A stretch of DNA of 34,710 nt from Chrysochromulina tobinii (taxonomy: Eukaryota): contig JWZX01003198.1 in assembly GCA_001275005.1 (NCBI GenBank), positions 1 through 34,710 on the forward strand. Reading direction: 5' to 3'. A program made the translations under genes and the position numbers. Below, piece by piece: positions 20,927-31,641 of this stretch (position 1 is the first letter of the stretch; each line of letters starts with the position of its first letter). The notes below the pieces were generated by a model that searched no databases, had not been told where the DNA came from, and saw nothing but the letters and a program-made list of their open reading frames with translations.

Positions 20927-23900
20927 TTAGCACGGGTGAGGATTCTCCTTCCCGTTCGCTCCACTGCTCGCCGCGATGAACGAGCGCAGCCGATGGATGA
21001 GCGCCTCGCCTTGGCGCGAGCGCTCGTCGCTCTTCCGGAGGCGCGCCTGCAGCTGCTGCACGATTGTCTCTTGACCAGACGATCGGGCACCGTGCTGCTC
21101 GGCGCTCTCCGCTCGCTCCCGCAAACGTTGCACCTCGCGTTGCAGCACCTCAGCCTCGCGTTGCAGCACCGCATGGGCTTCGCGCACAGCCGCCAAATCG
21201 CGCTCTGCAGCCTCGGCGCGTTCGCGTTCCGCCTGGAGCGCATGCAAGGCTGTTCGCAGCTCGCTGGACTCCTGTCCACGTAGCTCAACGGTGGCTAAGG
21301 CGCACGCAGTGGCTGTCGGAGTCGGTGCCCGCTTGGCTGGCGGCATCTCCTCGTCGTCTGCGTGGCTCTCCCAGGGCGCGCTCTCAAGCGATCGAAGCGC
21401 CGAGCGTAAGCCTGCCGAGCGCGTTTCTGCCGCGACACGCTCGCGGTCGAGGACCTCGGCCTCGGCCTTGGCCCATGTGGCAGCCTCCTGCCGCGCGGCG
21501 CACGCGCGCCTCTCGGCCTGCGCAGCCCGCCCGGCCCTGGCCTGGCGCAGCCGGTCGGCCGGTTGTTGATGCTCAGGGCTCGCTTTGGCGCTACTCATGG
21601 TGTGCACATCATTATCCGAGGCCACTTCGTCCGCGCCCTCGCCCGCGCCTTCGGACTTGGCCCCCACTTCGGGCGCCTTGCCCTCTGCCTTGACCAACGC
21701 CTCCTCTGCCGCGCTGACAGCGTCGGCTCGGACGCCTGCCCGGCGTGCGGCCAGCAGCGCCGCACGTAGCCTGAGCGGCTGCACAGCCGAGAACAGCCCG
21801 GGCCGCATGGCTGCGCGCAGTTCCTGCTCCGCCTGTCGCGCCGCTCGCTCGGCAGTCGTGGCAGCCTCGGCTTCGCGCTGCCGCGACGCCTCGGCTTGCT
21901 GCGCCGCCTCCTCCGCCGCCTCCGCCTCGAGTGCGCCGAGGGTCATCTCCGCCGCTGAGAGCTCGTCCGAACTCACTCCCGCTCGGCGCGCCGCCTCGAG
22001 CGCCTCGCGCAGTGGCTCGGCCCGGACCCGACCGAATGGCCCCGGCGCTGCTGCCGATCGGAGCAGCCGCGCCACCTCACGTCGCGCCGCCTCCGCCGCC
22101 CGTGCCGCCGCCCGCGCCTCCTCGACAGCGCGCCCCTCGGCCTCCACTCGCACGCGCGTCGCGGCTGCGGCCGCCCCGGCCTGCACCGCGGCCACCCCGG
22201 CCGCGGCTGCCTCAACGGCTCTCTGCAACGCCTCCGCGCCGAGGCTGATGGTGGCCTCGGGCAGCGCCGTGCGCTGCGCTCGCTCGAGCGCCGCCCGGAG
22301 CCGCGCGATCCGAGCCGCCACCTCCGTCCGCGAGCCCACTGGCTCACCTGCGTCGATGAGAGCTGCGCTGAGCTCCTCCTCCGCCGCGATGAGCTCCTCC
22401 TCCTCGATCCAAGACTGTGGCGAATGCTGCCGTGAAGCCCCTGGCGAGGTCGACCGCGGGCGTGAGGATCCTGGCGAAGTCGACCGCGGACGTGGCGGTA
22501 GCAGCTGTTTGAACCCATCGCCGTTTCCCTGGTGCTGCTGCTGATGCTCCAGCTGCCGGCGCGCCTCAGCGTACGCTCGGGTGGCGAACTGCACCTCAGC
22601 AAGCCACGCTAACCGTGCTTGCTCATGCGCGCGGCGCACCCCGAGCCCCTGCTCCTGGCGCTGCTGCTCTCGCGCATACTCCTTGGCGGCGCGCGCAAGG
22701 GAGGCGTGCACCACCTTGACAGCCTCCTGCTCTTCGATCTGTCTCTGCGCGAGGCGCTGCGCCTCGGCACGGCGGGCGACCCTCTCGGCCGCATGGCTCG
22801 CCGCCTCGTTCGCAAGAGCCTCCTTGCGCGCGCGCTCAAGTTCCTTTGTGGCGCGCACGCGCTCCTGCGCCTCGCGCCTCGCCCGCCTCCTCCATCTCGG
22901 CGGCTTGCCGCTTTCGCATCACACGCTCTGCCGCCCGCGCCGCCTCCGCTGCCGCTCGCATTTCGGCCGCCTCCGCCGCGATGGCGAGCGCCTCAGCCGT
23001 CGCCGTCGCGTCGTCGCCCAGCCTGCCCAGCACTTGCCGCAGCTGAGCTTCCTGCGTTCGAGGAGAGCGGTCGGCCGCGGGCCTTGCGGGCGCCCGTCCG
23101 AAGCTACTGCTCCGGGCGCGGCGACCACTCCCTTGGCCCCCTGCTGGTGCCGTGGGTCGCCCGGGCGCCCGCCCAAAGCTGCTGCTCCGTGGGCGAAGCG
23201 CGAGCGCGGTGGCAGCTTCATCGTTGGTTGTGGCACCGGCGGCGGCGTCGGTGGAGGCGGCGGCGGCAGCGGCGGCGGTGGAGATGGAGGCCGGGACGTC
23301 ACCGCTGCTGCCGAGGCCATTCACGCCGCCCGGTGGCGGCGATGGCTGAAGTGGCGGCAGCGGTGGCGGCAGAGGTGGCGGCGAGAACGGCGCTGGTGGG
23401 AGCGCGAGCGAAGGCGAGGGCGGGTTCCCCTCGGGCATACCGCACGAGGAGGGCAGCGGCGGCAGCAGCGGCGGCGGCGGGCTCGCGCTCGCAGCCTTCT
23501 CGTCCGCCTTGGCGATGGCGTGCTTGTATGGCGGTGGCACGACGGGAACCGAAGTTGGCGCCTGTGGCTTTTGCCTTTGGCGCGCGGCGCGCCCGCGGTG
23601 GACGGCCTGCACTCGCGCCGCCGCTGCCCGCTGACTCTCCGAGCTGGCCGTGGCAGGCGGCTCGATGAGCAGCTCCAGGGAGGCGAGCGTGGCACATCGC
23701 GCCCTCGCCGCCTCGAGAGCCTCAGGCGCCGAGTGGCCCTTCTCGTCGCCGCCCCAGAGCACGGCCTCCCAAACGGAGCGACCGTCGGCGCCGAGCGTGG
23801 GCGCATCGCGCGCGAGCACGAGCCCATGCTTATGCCGCGTCGCGGGCAAGCTCATGGCGCTGCTCTCGCTCGGCTTGCTCGGCATCCAGAGCCAGCTCGA

Positions 23901-24776
23901 CGGCTCGGCAAGGTCGGCGCAGTGGAGCACGTCCAGCGCCGCCTCGGCCTCGCTTGAGCACCCACCTACGTGCACTACGTACGGCGGCAGCCACAGGGCG
24001 GCGGCGTGAGCACGCGGCCGCGGCCCGCCGTTGTTGGCGCTCGCCATGGCGGTTGGTAGCCGGCAGAGGGACGCAACAGCGGCGGCGTCGCCATTGCTCG
24101 GCGCAGGAGCCCGCATGATGAGGACCTCATCGAGCAGCTCGCTGTACGAGGAACCACCGAGTATGAGGACCGTCTCGCCGTCGAGCACGCACGCCGCCGC
24201 ACCCAGACGGCCGCGGAGCGGCGGCTCCGCAGCCGGCGTGGCCGCCAGCATGGGCTCCGACCACGTGAGCGTACCGAGGTCGAGCCGCAGAACCTGCGCG
24301 GAGTAGCCGCCCTTGACACCCTTGACAAAGCCGCCAAAGGAGAGCAGCGCCTTCTGGGACGCCATGTAGACAAGGTTGTGGCCCATCCGGCTCGCGGCGT
24401 CGCCGGCACACCTTTGGCACTGCCATAAGCATGACCATGCATCATGCTGTGCGTGTGATGACGGCAGCCGGTCCAGCGTCCAAACATCGTTCAGCAGCAC
24501 GCGGCCATCGCCACCGCCAAACACCCACAGCTGGTGCGCATCGACGACGGCGCACGCTGCGTGCCCGAGCCGGCAGCTTGGCCAGTCTCCGGATGGCGTG
24601 AGCGTTTGCCAAGCGAGCGTGGGTGGCAGGCGCAGCGAGAGGAGCTCCGCCGAACACTCGCCGTCGACCATGCCACCGAATATGAGGACCTCCTCGCCAA
24701 GCCGCGTAAATGAGTGGCCGGTGCGCGTAGTCGGCGACGTGTGAGTCGCCGCGGGTTCGCAGCGATAGGAGTGCAT
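20927..24776 (-). CDS. Kelch-repeat + IQ + proline-rich + long coiled-coil protein, frameshifted at 22882-22884
   Basis: Kelch motifs (RTGHS..VLIFGG, RLGHA..LWVFGG, RMGH..LSFGG, ILGG, HVGG) and an IQ-like motif (AARVQAVHRGRAARQ). Removing one base joins ORFs 22836..24776 and 20927..22858 (EEAARREAQERVRATKEL). Confidence 0.8.
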
Positions 24777-25782
24777 GGCGGCAGAAAGGCCCCTGATGAA
24801 CGCGAGGAGTAGGAAGACCTTCTTTTGGATCGATCGACTGCAGGTCGAGCCTCTACATTTTCCGACCTGCTGCTTGGCGGCGCATCACATGTGCCGGAGC
24901 TTGTGCCGCTGGTTGCCCGTCCTGTTTGTCGTCGCGCTGATCGCGTGGTGCTACTGGGTGTACACCACGGATATCGCACTGCCCATGGTGCAGCTCAAGC
25001 CCGGGCAGGTCGAGCCGATCGGCACGCACGAGCTGGGCATAGCGTATCTGATCGCCTTTAACTGCCTGTTTGGCCTCGGCATGATCTCCTTTGTGTGTGC
25101 CATATTCACCGACCCCGGTCGTATCCCCGAGGCGTGGGCGGTCGGATCCGAGGACGCGGCAGAGGCGGCCCTCTACCCGCAGCTGCAGACTCTGGAGAAA
25201 AAGCATGATGGCTCTCGACGCGTCTGTCGGAAGAGCAAGCCGAACATGTACAAGCCCGATCGCGCGCATTTCTGCAAGATGCTTGGCCGCTGCGTCCTGA
25301 AGATGGACCACTTTTGCCCGTGGCTCAACAACTGCATCGGCTTCTACAATCACAAGTTCTTCTATCTCTTCATCATGTACATGGCATCGCTCACCATGTT
25401 CATGCTCGTGACCATGACGCCCACCTTCGTGCATGATGTCACGTCGATGGACGAGGTCATGATCGACTTCACGATGGAGTTCCGGGTGACGCTCACCTAC
25501 CTTGTGCTCTGCTTGTTATGCGCTGGCCTTGTCTGCTTCTTCGGGTTCCACACATACCTGCTCGCCTTCAACTACACGACGATCGAGTTTCTCGAGAAGC
25601 GTGGCTGCAATCCCCCTCCGGACCACAAGAACCGCTATGACGTTGGCGCATGGGGCAACGTGACCGCGGTGCTGGGCTCCAACCCGCTCGTATGGATCCT
25701 TCCCGTCAGGTGGACATGCGAAGGCGATGGTCTCTCCTTCAAGCTCAACCCCGAGTGGTATCCCTCCGCGAAGGGGAGGTAG
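24775..25782 (+). CDS. DHHC-family protein S-acyltransferase (DHFC variant); start could also be 24889
   Basis: Four TM segments, TDPG motif, KPDRAHFC...CVLKMDHFCPWLNNCIGFYNHKFF, TTIE motif and the N.YD.G...N...VLG tail motif. Confidence 0.92.
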   Translation: MAAERPLMNARSRKTFFWIDRLQVEPLHFPTCCLAAHHMCRSLCRWLPVLFVVALIAWCYWVYTTDIALPMVQLKPGQVEPIGTHELGIAYLIAFNCLFGLGMISFVCAIFTDPGRIPEAWAVGSEDAAEAALYPQLQTLEKKHDGSRRVCRKSKPNMYKPDRAHFCKMLGRCVLKMDHFCPWLNNCIGFYNHKFFYLFIMYMASLTMFMLVTMTPTFVHDVTSMDEVMIDFTMEFRVTLTYLVLCLLCAGLVCFFGFHTYLLAFNYTTIEFLEKRGCNPPPDHKNRYDVGAWGNVTAVLGSNPLVWILPVRWTCEGDGLSFKLNPEWYPSAKGR

Positions 25783-26556
25783 AGCCGTTGCCCATTCGCC
25801 CGCTATGCGCCCGCTTGCTCTCGACACACTGCTGTCGGATCACCGCTCCGCCACGCGATCCGCCAGTGCAAGCCGCGATTACGAGCGGTCTGGTCAGCGC
25901 CGTCCTGAAGGAAGAGGCGCCCGGTACGTCTAACCGTCGAGGTACGTCTAGAACGTCATCTGCCGACTGAGGTATGTGCTCAGCCGTCAGGTTTGCGGGG
26001 CGGCCCCACGTCGGCACGGTTTTTGCGCACTTTGGGCGTTGTATAGTAGCCGTACGGTGTCATGATCGTGAGCATGAACGGCGCAGTTCAAACAATAATA
26101 CATTGCGAATTGCCCAATTGCGAATTGGAAAATCGATAGCGGCCACCGACGCCACCGGCGCGCGCGCGCGGCGTGCGTCTATGTGGTATGTGCACGCCCG
26201 GTCGTGGGCCGCCCCCGGCGCGTCGCGTCTGGGCGGCACGCGGTCGCGTCGCGCGTTCGTCAAGACGTCTTCGACCGTGCGTCGCGTGTGGGCCGAAAAT
26301 AAATCGGTTAACGCGTAATAAAAACGTAAACCGTTCCGCGATAACATATTCACTAGATATATCGATATTCGCGTCGCGACAAAACCCCGGCCACCGCGAG
26401 GTCCCCGTCCGGCGCGCGCCCTCCGAGCAGCTCACCGTGCGTCTCGCGGCTCTCGGTCTCGCCACGTCCTGTGTACACAGCGCCGAGTAGGTCGAGTACG
26501 GGACATGCCTGGCGTCGCGCTCGAGGTTAGTGCCCCTCAACTGCTACTCAACTGCC

Positions 26557-29500
26557 TCACGAGACAGGACTCGCGCGCCTGTACTCGACCGTCGGGACCT
26601 CGACGTCCTCCTCTTTCTCCTCGTCGTAGACGCTTGCCTGCAGCCGGAGCGTTTGCTGGCGCGCCGGTTGGCCCGTCGCCGCCTCCACGGCGGCATGCAC
26701 CGGCAGGCCCATCCACACCTTTTGTTGTGCTGGCGGGGCGAGGCTCGAGTAGAGCGTCATCCCGCTTTTGGACAGCATGGAGAGCTCGAGTTGCAGCCGT
26801 GCCTCGAGTTGGGCAACAAGCTCCTGCAGCGTGAGCTCCTCCTCCCCGGGCTCAGGCCCGATCTCGATGCGGCTCCAGAGAGTCCAAGGCTCGCCACCCC
26901 CGGGCATGGGGTACTCCTCTGCCGGCGAGGGCTCAGAGAATGCAACGAGCGGCAGCGCCAGGTTAAGGAAGCCGTTGCGGTAGTCGCCGATGTTGCCCAT
27001 CTTCTGGGCCAGCTTGAGAAGCTCAAGACATGAGAGGCCAACCACGCACGCCGTGGTCGTCGCGATCGCCGGTACGATGCGGCCGGCGATGAGCTTCGAG
27101 CGGTGACGGTCGGCGGGCGGGATGTGGTAGTTGGCCGCGCGCAGGTTGCTCGCCGCAGTGACGAAGGCCATGTGGCTGTCGTCGTCCTTTTCAAACGCCT
27201 GCACGGACGCCTGCAGCTCCGCGCGGCGTGCGCGGAGCGCTTTGCCGTTTTGGCCCTCGAGTTCCGACTGCATGCGCTCCAACCGCCGCTGCGCCGTGGG
27301 TGAGGGCCCTCGCTCTCGCAGCGCCCTGGCCTCGGCTTCGGTTGCCGCCACTGGCTCCGCGTCATCGGCTGCCTCCACGTCCTCCTTCGTACCGCTAGCC
27401 GCGACGGTCACGGCCCCCTGAAGCGAGGCGGCCAGCTGGTCGTCGGAAAGCGGTCCAAAGCCGAGCGTGGTTGCGCGCAGCTTCGCAGCCGCGAGCACAA
27501 AGGCCACGTGCGTCTCGTCGCTCATATCAAACGGCTTGACGGTGGGGCGGCGGCGCGTGCCGCTCCAGAATGGTTCTCCGCTCTCGGTGAGGTGATCCGC
27601 AGGGAACCGCTTGAGCAGTGCGCGGATACTGCCGACAAACCACTTATCGAAGCGGCGAAGCGCCCAAACGGCGCAGTCAGTGGCGAGCGAGTGAGCGGCC
27701 GGGCGCTCCAAGAGGCTCTCGTAGACGGCCTCGACCGCCTTGGACAGCTCATCGGGCGAGTCGCGCTGCACATCCTCCAAGTAACTCGAGCGCTCGAGCC
27801 AACGGTTCACGGCATCGGGCGCGTGCGAAAACTCGCCCTCGAAGGCATCGCGGGCCCACTGAAGCGTGTGCTCGATGAGGTATGGGAAGGACTTGAGCGT
27901 GCACACGGGGATGCTAGGCTCAGGGGGATCAGACGACGAGCCATACGACTCACTGAGCCCCGGGAGGATGACCTGTGTGTTGCCCTTGGTGCCACTCGTG
28001 CCGCTCTCGAGAAGAGGCAGCGCGTGCTCGACGCAGCAGCGGTCGACGAAGAGGCGTGCCTGAACATTGTCGAGGGCATTGGCGACGCCGTCGAGCGAGT
28101 GCCAGAAGTGCTCATCGAAGACCCCGCTCTCCTCGCCCACTCGCTCCGTGTAGGCCGTCACATGCAACTGCGGGTTCATCCGGCGCACCGCCTCAGCCGC
28201 GCACGTGGATTTCGGCTTGCCCACGTCCGATGGCCGAAACAAGAATTGGCGATTGAGGTTGGAGCGCTCAATGGTATCCATGTCAGTCACGTGCACATGC
28301 CCTTTAGCGCCGCAGCCGACACCCATGAGTGCGAGACACTTGAGAAGCTCGCATCCAATTGCACCGGCGCCCACGATAAAGTACTTGAGAGCCCCAAGAG
28401 CCTCGATCAACGGCTGCCCGAGTACGGCACGCTGACCATCGTACCGATCACCGCGTAGCGCGCAGTCAGCGGCCGTCGGTCGCGGAGTGGGGAGCACGCT
28501 CGTGCCATCGACGTACAGGAATTGCTGCAGCGGCATGAAGCGGTGCGTGACCGCTTTGAGCACCTCTTGGGCAGCGATGCCGCCGAGGAAGGCCGCCATC
28601 GGTGATAGGCTACCGCTCGCGCCCCGTGCAAAATCGGCCACCACGCCCAGCTGCATATCTCCCTCGGCGAGGAGACCGCTCGAGCGAATTGCTAACTCGA
28701 GAGCTTCAACTGCATCGTTCGCGCCCTCGAGCGCATCCGCGCACGAGAAGCACGCGTGTGCGGTGCGTAAGCGCTTGGGCGCATCCATGCCCGTAGACAA
28801 CATTACGGGCGCTCGCGTCGCCACGTCGAGCGGCTCAAAGCGCAGAGTTCGTGGCTGCTTGACCTGGACGAGCCGGCCGCCACTGAGGTAGGTGCCGCCA
28901 TCACGCGTGTCGCCGATGCTCACAATGTGCCGTGAGCGTACGCGAACTGCAAAGGTGCGCCCGGCGCTACACAGACTCGGCATGCCTTCAACCTCCTCGA
29001 GGCGTACAATGTTGCCATCCTCGAGCCCGTGCGGCTGCTCGGGGATGCATGTCACATCCGCCTCCTCCGCGCTGGCAACATGCTCGAGCAGCGCGTGTTT
29101 CGGCTCTTCGCCGTCAGGATCGTCGACGACGAATGCTTCGCCGAAGTCACAGAAGACGCGACCAAATACTCCACGCGATTCAACACATATGAGCGGACAG
29201 CCTGCCATACGTGCAGCTCTGCTGAGTGCCAGCTGCTCCTGCTGCGTGCGGTCGATGGCCACGATTGCGGTGTACTTGGCTAAGTCGGGTTCTCGCACAG
29301 GCGATACCGCGAGCGTGCGAACGTGCACATACGGGTTGAGCGGAGCGAGACGCTCGGCCGCACGTCGCGATCTCAAGTCGCCAACGTCCGGCTCCTCGAG
29401 CAAGAAGTTCGAGGAGAGGTCAGAGAAACTCGTGACGGTGTCATCGTAAACGTCGACCTTAGAGACACCAGCCAGCACGAGATTCTTTGCGACCTCCGCG

Positions 29501-29744
29501 CCAAGACCTGCTCACGGCGGAAAGAACGCGGTATAAATTCAGGCTGTGTTGCCAATTTAAAGGCGAAGAAGGATCTCGCACCGGAAAGACCAATGAGCAG
29601 CACCGCTGAAGCCGCAAGCGAGCGCTGCGCCGCATGCCCCATCACGTATAGCTGCCTCGAGTACAACTCCTCATCGATGGATGTGGCGTCGCCGCCACGG
29701 AGGCGCGCGAGTGCACAGTGGCGGTATCGACGTTGTGTCCGCAT
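26557..29744 (-). CDS. UBA1: Ubiquitin-activating enzyme E1 (UBA1 family), two exons
   Basis: IDEELYSRQLYVMG; intron 29508-29581 (GTGCGA...GAGCAG) joins IGLSG-LGAEVAKNLVLAG. Also GAGAIGCE, DMDTIERSNLNRQFLFR, catalytic PVCTLKSFP and AGRIVPAIATTTA. Confidence 0.93.
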
Positions 29745-30179
29745 CGTCGATAGCGGAACTTCGCGAGCCTCGATGGGGCGTGGCCGAGTTGGCTCCCATG
29801 GGCGAAGCGCATCCTCGCCGGAGCGAGATTACGCGCGGGACGGGCCAAACGGGAAATACAAACTGCACAAACGCACATAGGATGATCCACAGACGAACCT
29901 CCCAACCCTCCCAACCCTCCAACGCACCCACACGCACGACCGAAACCGCGGCCGACACAAACTCAAGAGTGCAGCCGCCGGTAGCCGGCAGCCCGGCACC
30001 GTACCGTCTGATCTCCAAGACAGGCAGGGTGTGTCCCGGCTCCCCATTTATGAACCGACACTTTACAAAGTCTCAAATCGAAACATTTTCAACATATTGC
30101 TTGTGTTGAACGTTACTACTTGTACTTGTACGGGGGCTGACGTTCTTCAATCTCTGCGCTCATCGCGGGTCGCGATGAC

Positions 30180-30255
30180 AACGTGTGTCTCAGCTCATGG
30201 CGGCCGCCCCGAATGGTATGCGGGGTTGAGACTGCCGAGCATCATAGTGCGCAGG
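30180..30255 (-). promoter_or_regulatory. Type II SECIS element in the selenoprotein 3'UTR
   Basis: Minus strand reads A-UGAU GCUC GGC AGUC UC AA CCCCG CAUACCAUU CGGGG C GGCC GCC AU GAGC UGAG. This gives a UGAN/NGAN quartet, helix II, unpaired AA and a CCCCG/CGGGG mini-stem. Core spans 30189-30245. Confidence 0.85.
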
Positions 30256-30330
30256 GTTGGCATCAACCGTGTGTCGGCATGCTGTGCAGGTCGCCTCAGC
30301 ATCTTGCCGTGCATTGCAGTAACAGCTTGC

Positions 30331-30987
30331 TTAGAGCTCCTCCTTGACCTCGGGCAACTTGGTGCCGGCCATCTTGAGCTGCTTAATGCGCGGTTTGGCG
30401 GCCTTCTTATCAGCCTCGAGAGCCTTGTTGCTCTCGTCGAACTGCGCCTGCAGCGACTCGAGCAGCGCCGCGTGTGCCTTTTCCTTGGCGGTGAGGTCCT
30501 CTTGAATTCTCAGGAGCTCGGCGACGCGGTCTGCGTCGGGCATCGCGAGGGTCTCGTCGAGCTGCTTGAGCTCGTCCGCGCTGCAATTGTCGCGTGTCGA
30601 CGGCGAGCACCCCGGGCCGAGCGTCAACACAAACTCCTTGAGCTCATCGAGCTCACGCCCGCCCTCATAGTCCTCGCCATCCTCGTCAGGTGGGTTGAAC
30701 ACCTTGATCGTCGGGAATCCCTCGATGCCGAAGCGCTCACAGAGCGGTTCGCCCGCCGCCGTGCAGTCCACGTCCGCAATCAGCACGTTCGTGGAGCCTG
30801 CATGCTCTTCTGCAAGCGTGTCCCAAGCAGGCTTCAAGCTCTTGCAGTGGCCTCACCAAGGTGCCAGGAACTTTATGAATGCGCTCTTGCCACTCTCGAA
30901 TACCTCCTTGTTGAAAGTGTCGGGAGTGAGCTCGATGGTGCTGTGAGCCGGCGCAAGCGCGCACAAGAGGGAAAGCGTGCGCAGCAT
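30331..30987 (-). CDS. ER PDI-like thioredoxin selenoprotein (EhSEP2-like), Sec at TGA 30853-30855
   Basis: Signal peptide (MLRTLSLLCALAPAHS), FIKFLAPW-TGA-GHCKSLKPAW (= WUGHC), DVDCT, GFPTIKVF, YEGGRE and C-terminal KEEL. ORFs 30853..31035 and 30331..30837 are in one frame, separated by this single TGA. 218 aa. Confidence 0.92.
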
Positions 30988-31172
30988 AGTCTTGACCGAG
31001 CCGCAGGCGCAGGCGACACGTAAGCGGACGTACAAAGACCAAAAAAGGCAATCCTAACAGTTTGATCACCTGACGCATGACGTCGTCTACCCAGATCGCG
31101 TCACAAGCTTGCAAGCATTTTTTATTGACGAAATGCCTTGAGACCGCCTTCATTTCCGCGTGACTTTTTGAA

Positions 31173-31583
31173 ATGGTGATCGTCGGTGCTCTCCTCTGCA
31201 CCGGCTCTGCGATACTTGGGTTGAGCTCCTGGCTGATGCTTTCAAGTATGCTGAACAACCCAGGGGCATATTTGACAGGGATGTCCCACGGCATGTTGTT
31301 AGCGCTCCTGTGTTTGATGGCCGTTCAGTCGCGCAGCGGCACGACCAAGGCAGTCTTGCATGCTGACGAGTCTTCGACTGTCAAGGAGGCGGCTGCCACG
31401 CCGCGCGCGCTCGTGCGCGACCTTGCAATTATTCCCGCCTCTTTGACAGTGGAGGCGCCCCCAACTGCATCTGCAAAGACAACGACCTACACGATCGAGG
31501 AGTTTGAGAAGCGTAAGCAGACGCGCGAGCCGATGTCGTCTGTCAGGCGTAGCGCACGGACGCCCAAACGCAATGGGCATTAG
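31173..31583 (+). CDS. Small protein with two predicted TM segments and a basic tail
   Basis: Hydrophobic MVIVGALLCTGSAILGLSSWLML and HGMLLALLCLMAV; basic SP/TP-containing C-terminus. Confidence 0.6.
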   Translation: MVIVGALLCTGSAILGLSSWLMLSSMLNNPGAYLTGMSHGMLLALLCLMAVQSRSGTTKAVLHADESSTVKEAAATPRALVRDLAIIPASLTVEAPPTASAKTTTYTIEEFEKRKQTREPMSSVRRSARTPKRNGH

Positions 31584-31605
31584 TGTCCCTAGCGAACTTA
31601 TCCTG

Positions 31606-31641
31606 CGTGATTGGTGCCATTACGTGATTGGTGCCATTACG
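31606..31641. repeat. 17-bp tandem duplication (CGTGATTGGTGCCATTA)x2
   Basis: Directly visible. Confidence 0.85.

Noticed and set aside
21064..23957. Long plus-strand ORFs (209, 319, 349 and 458 aa)
   Set aside because: Antisense to the GC-rich Kelch/coiled-coil gene; expected from stop-codon scarcity.
30031..31023. 330-aa plus-strand ORF
   Set aside because: Antisense shadow of the selenoprotein gene; no recognisable domain.
31077..31175. Upstream ATG in frame with 31173, interrupted by TGA at 31161 (possible second selenoprotein)
   Set aside because: No redox motif or homology around the TGA, and no SECIS identified; more likely 5'UTR or a uORF.
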